A stretch of DNA of 33,276 nt from Clostridia bacterium (GTDB lineage Bacteria; CBDUZB01; JAGLHV01). Below are positions 27,682 through 33,276 of the stretch, in pieces. The notes below the pieces were generated by a model. That model had not been told where the DNA came from. It ran no database searches and was given only the letters and a program-made list of their open reading frames with translations. The stretch spans positions 1-33,276 of the forward strand of contig DAOVVV010000027.1 of NCBI GenBank assembly GCA_030637025.1, written 5' to 3'. The stretch's first letter is position 1; the number at the start of each line of letters is the position of its first letter. The position numbers and the translations under genes are program-made.

Positions 27682-30346
27682 TTTCTTTTTTAAACTTTAA
27701 TGTTCTTTTCTTTAATTCCTGTAATTTATTTAAAGCTTCCAGGGGAGTCAAGCCATCTATAGGTAATTGCTTAATTTCTTCCATCAGGAGATTTTGTTGT
27801 TGGGTAAAGAGATTTAATTGTTTATTATTTGAATCTTCCGTGTCGGTATTTAGTCGTAAAACATTTCCTTCTTTGTAAACATTCTTTTCCAATTCTACTA
27901 AAATGTCTTTTGCTCTGTTGGTTACCGAAGCAGGTAATCCGGCTAATTTTGCTACATGAATACCATAACTTTTATCGGCACTCCCTTCTATTATTTTACG
28001 CAGGAAAATTATTTCATCGTTCCATTCCCTCACAGCAATATTGTAATTTTTTACTCCTTTTAATATTCGGGCTAATTCAGTTAATTCAAAATAATGCGTA
28101 GCAAAAAGGGTTCTTGGACCTTGATTAGTATCTTTATCCTTTTTACTGTGCAGGTATTCCACACTGGCCCAGGCAATACTCACTCCGTCAAAAGTGGAAG
28201 TCCCTCTCCCTACTTCATCTAAAATTAATAAACTACGGGAAGTAGCATTATTAAGAATATTTGCTGTTTCGTTCATTTCCACCATAAATGTCGATTCTCC
28301 CTCAGCAAGATTATCTGCAGCTCCGATACGGGTGAAAATTCTATCCACTATCCCTATTTCTCCTTCTCTGGCCGGAATAAAACTACCGATTTGAGCCATA
28401 AGGGTAATCAAAGCTACCTGCCTGAGATAAGTTGATTTTCCGGCCATATTAGGTCCGGTTATAATCAAAATCTGGTTCTCGTTGCCGTCTATCTGTATAT
28501 CGTTGGGAATAAAACCCATCCCTACCAGACTTTTTTCTACTACCGGATGTCTTCCGTCCCGTATAACAAACCGGTAATCATTAGTTACTTCCGGCCGGCT
28601 ATAATTATTGATTACCGCAGCTTCGGATAAACTTAAAATAGCGTCCAGAGTCGCAACAGTTAAGGATACTTCCTGAATAGCTGTAGTTTTTCTGATTACT
28701 TTTTCCTTGATTTTTTGAAATACCTCGTATTCTAAGTTAAAAATCTTTTCTTCCGCTCCTAAAATAAAAGATTCCTGTTCTTTCAATTCCGGGGTAATGA
28801 ATCTCTCAGCGTTAGTTAAGGTTTGTTTACGAATGTAGTTTTCAGGTACATTAGCCAGATTTGCCCTGGTTATTTCAATATAATATCCAAAAACACCGGT
28901 ATAGCCTATCTTTAAGGAATTAATTCCGGTACGTTTTTTTTCTTTTTTTTCTAAATTGAGTATCCATCCTTTACTTTCCGAACGAGCCAGGTTAATTTGG
29001 TCTAATTCAGAGTGATATTCCTTTTTAATTAATCCCCCTTCCCTCAGAGATACAGGGGGTTCATCCACTATTGATTTTTCAATCAGTCCATAAACTTCTT
29101 TTAAGTCGGATAATTGTTTTGTCAAATTACGCAGGAAATTACAATGAACTTTATCCATCTTTTCTTTAATCAAAGGAATAACTTTTAACGAATTTTTCAA
29201 GGCTACCAAATCCCGGGCATTGGCTGTTCCACAATTTAGCCGGCTGATTAATCTTTCCAAGTCACTTATTTTTTTTAATTCATCCTGTAGGTTCTTACGC
29301 AAAACAGTATCGAGAAAAAATTCAGCATTTGCTTTTTGTCTTGCCTGGATTTTTTCTATATCCAGCAATGGTTCAAGTATCCATCGCCTGAGAGTTCTTG
29401 TTCCCATTGGGGTTAAGGTATAATCCAGTACTTCAAGCAAGCTGTTTTTTCTGGTTTTAGTGGATAAACCGGTCACCAGTTCCAGATTGTCCTGAGTAGA
29501 TTTATCCAGAACCATAAAATTTTCCGTAGAATACCACTGCAGGTGATTTATATGAGCAAGAAAAGTTTTTTGTGTATCTCCCAGATAAGCAACAATTGCT
29601 CCCGAAGAAAAAATAGCCTCTTCTTTATCTTCTAAGTTAAATCCTTTAAGTGAGGCGACTTTAAACTGATTTGTTAACTTTTGATAAATAGATGCTTTTT
29701 CATATCGCCAGTCCTCAATAAAATTAATGGAAATATTCCACCTTCCTAAAAAATCCAGAAAATCTTTTTTTTCTTTCATAAAACAGGGTAAAATACATTC
29801 GGCCGGTTGAAAACGGGAAATCTCATTGCTTAATTTATCCAGAATATGTTTGCCGCCTATTTGTGTAGTTAAAAATTCCCCGGTAGAAATGTCGGTAAAG
29901 GATAAACCAATTTTACTGTTGGCATTTAAGTCGGAAATTTTGACCCCTTCGAATATTTTGGGATCAATATAAATAGCGGATAAAAAATTATTGTTTTCCT
30001 TAGAAAGAAGATGATCTTCTACAATCGTCCCGGGAGTAATTAAACGAACAACCTCTCTTTTTACAATTCCTTTACCGGCTCCGGGAGATTCCATTTGTTC
30101 ACAAACAGCTACTTTTTGTCCCTGCTTAATCAGCCGGGCAATATAATTGGTAGCAGAATGATGAGGAACACCGCACATAGGAATTTTGTGACGGGAAGTT
30201 AAAGTAATTTCTAAAAGGCGGGAAGCAACCTGAGCATCTTCTCCGAACATTTCATAAAAATCGCCTAAACGAAAAAAAAGGATAGCCCCGGGATAATTTT
30301 TTTTTATTCGTTGATATTGCTGCATCAAAGGAGTAATTTTATTCAT
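27665..30346 (-). CDS. mutS: DNA mismatch repair protein MutS
   Basis: TPLMQQY, FFRLGDFYEMF, TGPNMAGKSTYLRQ, STFMVEM, DEVGRGTST, FATHY, SYGIHVAKLAG. Confidence 0.98.
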   Translation of the reverse strand: MNKITPLMQQYQRIKKNYPGAILFFRLGDFYEMFGEDAQVASRLLEITLTSRHKIPMCGVPHHSATNYIARLIKQGQKVAVCEQMESPGAGKGIVKREVVRLITPGTIVEDHLLSKENNNFLSAIYIDPKIFEGVKISDLNANSKIGLSFTDISTGEFLTTQIGGKHILDKLSNEISRFQPAECILPCFMKEKKDFLDFLGRWNISINFIEDWRYEKASIYQKLTNQFKVASLKGFNLEDKEEAIFSSGAIVAYLGDTQKTFLAHINHLQWYSTENFMVLDKSTQDNLELVTGLSTKTRKNSLLEVLDYTLTPMGTRTLRRWILEPLLDIEKIQARQKANAEFFLDTVLRKNLQDELKKISDLERLISRLNCGTANARDLVALKNSLKVIPLIKEKMDKVHCNFLRNLTKQLSDLKEVYGLIEKSIVDEPPVSLREGGLIKKEYHSELDQINLARSESKGWILNLEKKEKKRTGINSLKIGYTGVFGYYIEITRANLANVPENYIRKQTLTNAERFITPELKEQESFILGAEEKIFNLEYEVFQKIKEKVIRKTTAIQEVSLTVATLDAILSLSEAAVINNYSRPEVTNDYRFVIRDGRHPVVEKSLVGMGFIPNDIQIDGNENQILIITGPNMAGKSTYLRQVALITLMAQIGSFIPAREGEIGIVDRIFTRIGAADNLAEGESTFMVEMNETANILNNATSRSLLILDEVGRGTSTFDGVSIAWASVEYLHSKKDKDTNQGPRTLFATHYFELTELARILKGVKNYNIAVREWNDEIIFLRKIIEGSADKSYGIHVAKLAGLPASVTNRAKDILVELEKNVYKEGNVLRLNTDTEDSNNKQLNLFTQQQNLLMEEIKQLPIDGLTPLEALNKLQELKKRTLKFKKESENNA

Positions 30347-30355
30347 TACTTATCA

Positions 30356-30646
30356 TCACTCCTCCGGTTCTTCATCATCTTTTTTTAATTCAGCAAATCG
30401 AACAGATAAAGCCTCAATTTTCCTGTCTTTTTCTTTGAGTATGCTGATTAATTTCCATTGCTTTAAAAGTCCCAGGATAGTAGCAAAGAGACCTCCAAAT
30501 AAAACCGAAATCAAAATGACCACCATTAAAGAAAGAGGAGGGCTTACCCATCCAAATAATTTAATTTCAACCGGTGAAATATTTTGCATAGTAAAAACAA
30601 CCAAAATTAAAGAAAATAATAAAATAACAATTAATTTTAACTGCAT
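30356..30646 (-). CDS. LapA-domain (lipopolysaccharide assembly protein A / DUF1049) membrane protein
   Basis: TM helix, FTMQN..V.IKLFGW...L, second TM helix, C-terminal coiled coil; AGGAGG RBS. Confidence 0.85.
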   Translation of the reverse strand: MQLKLIVILLFSLILVVFTMQNISPVEIKLFGWVSPPLSLMVVILISVLFGGLFATILGLLKQWKLISILKEKDRKIEALSVRFAELKKDDEEPEE

Positions 30647-30684
30647 CCCTGCCTCCTTTTTTTCCCTTATATTTTCAATAAAGT

Positions 30685-30714
30685 ATTATAATCATATTTC
30701 AACACTTTTTTCAA
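30685..30714 (-). promoter_or_regulatory. Putative sigma70 promoter for the LapA-mutS-mutL unit
   Basis: TTGAAA (30714-30709), 18-nt spacer, TATAAT (30690-30685). Confidence 0.5.
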
Positions 30715-30796
30715 GATATTTTTCTTGCTCTGCCAATCTGTAAGGTGAATAAAACGGGTCATTTTTATATACAGGCTGTATCATGGCCCCCTTTTT

Positions 30797-30847
30797 TGGT
30801 AGCCGCAGGCTTTTAGCCTGCATAAAATTTAAAGGTTGCGGCTACCA
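30797..30847. repeat. GTAG-type REP doublet (REPIN-like)
   Basis: TGGTAGCCGCA 30797-30807 / TGCGGCTACCA 30837-30847 perfect inverted pair; internal hairpin GCAGGCT-TTT-AGCCTGC. Confidence 0.8.
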
Positions 30848-30925
30848 CATAAAAATCTGAATTATGCCACAGGAGGATATTTTTTCTTTTAACTTTATGA
30901 CTCTGTCTTTCTGCCTATATTTTTC

Positions 30926-30970
30926 TTTTATCTGGTATCTGTGGACTATGGACTGTCGACTATGGACTGT
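30926..30970 (-). repeat. ATAGTCC/ACAGTCC heptamer module overlapping the miaB stop
   Basis: Minus strand ACAGTCC ATAGTCG ACAGTCC ATAGTCC ACAGATACCAGATAAAAG; encodes QSIVDSP*. Confidence 0.85.
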
Positions 30971-32373
30971 TTTTTATTTTTTATCTTCCCCATCAACGAA
31001 AAAATATGTGCATCATTAATTTCTACATCAACAAAATCTCCGATTAGTTCTTTCTCCGCTTCAAAAATTACTACTTTATTATTACGCGTTCTTCCTACCA
31101 TTTTATTCGGATTATGTTTATCTTTTCTTTCTATCAATACCTCTTCGGTTTTTCCTATCATTTTTTGATTTTGTTCTTTACATTGTTGTCGGCACAATTC
31201 CATTAATCTTGCTAAACGGCTTTCTTTTTCTTCACGACAAACATTATCTTCTTCGTTATCTGCCTGGGTTCCCGGCCGGGGAGAATATTTAAAAGTATAG
31301 GCAGCATCAAAGGATATTTCTTTTACTAAGCTGAGGATTTCATTAAAGTCTTCTTCTGTTTCCTGAGGATAACCAACCATAATATCAGTACTAATACTTA
31401 CTTGTGGAATTTCCTTGCGTATTTTCTGGGCTAATTTTATATATTCTTCCCTGGTATAACCCCGTTTCATTTTTTGTAATATTTTATTAGAACCATGCTG
31501 TACCGGCAAGTGAATATGCTCACATAATTTAGACAAATTTTTTACCGCGAAAATAATCTCTTTGTTCATATCTTTAGGATGAGAAGTCGTAAATCTAATT
31601 CTCTCGATTCCGTTAATTTCATTTATTCTTTCCAATAATCTGACAAAGTTATAATCTACACCTCCTAATATGGAGCGAGCATCGTAATAAGAATTTACAT
31701 TTTGACCCAACAAAGTGACTTCCTTACATCCCTGGCCGGCTAAATCCTTAATCTCTCCTATAATTCGTTCTAACGGTTTACTTTTTTCTTCCCCCCTCAC
31801 ATAAGGAACAATGCAGTAAGAACAAAAGTTGGAACATCCCCGCATTATAGTCACAAACGATTTTAAAATTTTTTCTTCTTTATTTAATTTAGGAACAATC
31901 GTCGTATTTGAAGAAAAAACGGGTTTGGTAAGTACTGTTTTTTGTTTGGATGAAATAAAATTGGTAACGATAGAAGAGAGATTAGATAAGTTTTGTGTGC
32001 CCAGGATAATATCCACACAGGGAAATTTTGACATCAAAGTTTTTTCCAATCTTTGCGCCATACAGCCAACAACAATTATTATTACCTCGGGATTTTTCTT
32101 CTTAATTTGATTTAATAAACCAAGATAACTAAAAGCTTTATCTTCCGCTGATTTACGCACACTACAGGTGTTTAAGATAAGCAACCATGCTTCTTCTATA
32201 GTTTTAGTCGCTGTATACCCTTTCTGCTCTAATATACGCCCTATCATCGTAGAATCATATTCATTCATCTGACAGCCAAGGGTTTTAATAAAAAACTTTT
32301 TATTATCGATTACCCCGGCTACCGGCAGAATACTGGGACTATTTTGTTTATAATGATTTGTATTTTCTAACAT
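30946..32373 (-). CDS. miaB: tRNA-2-methylthio-N6-dimethylallyladenosine synthase MiaB
   Basis: TLGCQMNEYDS, NTCSVR, GCMAQ, radical-SAM CSNFCSYC, LLGQNVNSY, TTSHP, YSPRPGT, C-terminal TRAM domain. Confidence 0.96.
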   Translation of the reverse strand: MLENTNHYKQNSPSILPVAGVIDNKKFFIKTLGCQMNEYDSTMIGRILEQKGYTATKTIEEAWLLILNTCSVRKSAEDKAFSYLGLLNQIKKKNPEVIIIVVGCMAQRLEKTLMSKFPCVDIILGTQNLSNLSSIVTNFISSKQKTVLTKPVFSSNTTIVPKLNKEEKILKSFVTIMRGCSNFCSYCIVPYVRGEEKSKPLERIIGEIKDLAGQGCKEVTLLGQNVNSYYDARSILGGVDYNFVRLLERINEINGIERIRFTTSHPKDMNKEIIFAVKNLSKLCEHIHLPVQHGSNKILQKMKRGYTREEYIKLAQKIRKEIPQVSISTDIMVGYPQETEEDFNEILSLVKEISFDAAYTFKYSPRPGTQADNEEDNVCREEKESRLARLMELCRQQCKEQNQKMIGKTEEVLIERKDKHNPNKMVGRTRNNKVVIFEAEKELIGDFVDVEINDAHIFSLMGKIKNKKQSIVDSP

Positions 32374-32419
32374 AATATCTTGCGACCTCTAAAGAAATAA
32401 ACCTCTCTTTTAAACCTCT

Positions 32420-32448
32420 ATTTTATCATATAAACATATCTAAGTAAA
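32420..32448 (-). promoter_or_regulatory. Putative promoter for miaB
   Basis: TTTACT, 17-nt spacer, TAAAAT with extended -10 TG. Confidence 0.4.
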
Positions 32449-32516
32449 TATCTTTATTAAATTTTTAGGATTTTGTAAAAAGGAAGTACTTGCCTCTCGA
32501 CGTGTTCGACAATCCT

Positions 32517-32628
32517 TAAGGTGGATCATTTCGCACACATTCTGCCTGCCTGCCCGCTCCGCCTGAGGCGGATAAGGCGGATCATTCCGTACTTGATACG
32601 GAATCTATAATGTATTTAAAATATCAAT
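32517..32628. repeat. Cluster of CCGCC palindromes and a truncated GTCATTCC-family element
   Basis: TCCGCCTGAGGCGGATAAGGCGGA followed by TCATTCCGTACTTGATACGGAATCTATAATGTATTTAAAATATCAAT; 20-bp direct repeat 32517-32536 / 32573-32592 (17/20). Confidence 0.75.
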
Positions 32629-32728
32629 TCGGTAAGTTTAAAAACCCTACTATTTTCTTTTGGTTATGTCCAAGATTTTTAAGGTTTCTTTTAAAAGAAG
32701 GTCTATAATGTAAAGATCAAGGCTTTAA

Positions 32729-33013
32729 TTATACTTTTCTTTTTTTTAAATGAGCAATGAATTTTTTTACAATAATCCCCAATAGAGATATCAACATTAT
32801 GATTAAACCAAACGATTCAATTTTTATTGCTATGGTTTTATGGAAATTAAATTTTTGAATCATTAACGGTGTGGGATCTTGATAGGGTATTCCAGCAAAC
32901 ATTACCTCATACACAAATCCTATTATAATTAGTAATATCCCCCCAATAATTCCCCAAATTAGTATTTTTTTTTTGAATATTGTATTCATTATGTTTTCGT
33001 ATAACATTGGCAT
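32729..33013 (-). CDS. Small two-TM hypothetical membrane protein with FAGIPYQDPT loop (start uncertain: 33013, 33007 or 32989)
   Basis: Two hydrophobic helices flanking GIPYQDPTP; basic C-terminus; AGGAG upstream. Confidence 0.75.
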   Translation of the reverse strand: MPMLYENIMNTIFKKKILIWGIIGGILLIIIGFVYEVMFAGIPYQDPTPLMIQKFNFHKTIAIKIESFGLIIMLISLLGIIVKKFIAHLKKRKV

Positions 33014-33187
33014 TCGCTCCTTTTCCTCCCCCCGACAACTTTCCTGTCTTTACCCCCTGTTTCGTTTAAATGTTTACTCGCCAAATATACTAACACACTT
33101 CTCGTTTCTTTTATCCATACTTTAAAACTTTAAGCAACGTTGTATAATTAATTTGATCGAAAAAGTTAATAATCTTGAAAAAGTAGA

Positions 33188-33249
33188 GCCACCTATGATA
33201 CTGTGATAGAGTAATATTTGTGAGAACAAAACTCTAAACAGGAGGTGGC
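33188..33249 (+). promoter_or_regulatory. Long hairpin sequestering the RBS of a truncated ORF that starts at 33253 (MSTLSKIE...)
   Basis: GCCACCT/AGGTGGC, CTGT/ACAG, TAGAGT/ACTCTA and TTTGT-GAGA-ACAAA (GNRA loop); GGAGG lies in the 3' arm. Confidence 0.65.
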
Positions 33250-33276
33250 CCCATGTCCACTCTATCAAAAATTGAA

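Noticed and set aside
11376-32110. Short plus-strand ORFs within GH57, the ATPase genes, the membrane gene, mutS, lapA and miaB
   Set aside because: Antisense shadows of confidently identified minus-strand genes.
1-33276. Prophage, DGR, retron or defence island
   Set aside because: No integrase, reverse transcriptase, phage structural or defence-type genes, and no long template/variable repeat pair was seen.

Overview
AT-rich chromosomal segment of a probable diderm bacterium (outer-membrane beta-barrel and LapA-domain genes present; lineage not assignable from sequence alone). It is mostly housekeeping genes: tmRNA+smpB, mgtE, a REC-GAF-HD-GYP regulator, miaA-hflX (no hfq between them), der-plsY-gpsA plus a small Cys-rich ORF, then on the minus strand miaB, a LapA-domain gene, mutS-mutL, an unknown polytopic membrane protein, a nine-gene V/A-type ATP synthase operon (G/H-C-I-K-F-E-A-B-D), a universal stress protein, a small beta-barrel and a GH57 glycoside hydrolase. 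There is no CRISPR array, rRNA, true tRNA, integrase or complete transposase. The unexplained signal is intergenic. Many spacers are mosaics of a few short-period repeat modules (9-, 8- and 7-mers) and REP-like palindromes. The tandem modules are almost always co-oriented with the upstream gene, and in four genes (hflX, atpD, atpE, miaB) they overlap and supply the last codons and the stop. The window ends in a hairpin that sequesters a ribosome-binding site, possibly an IS leader. All functional calls come from motif recognition by eye; no database searches were run.
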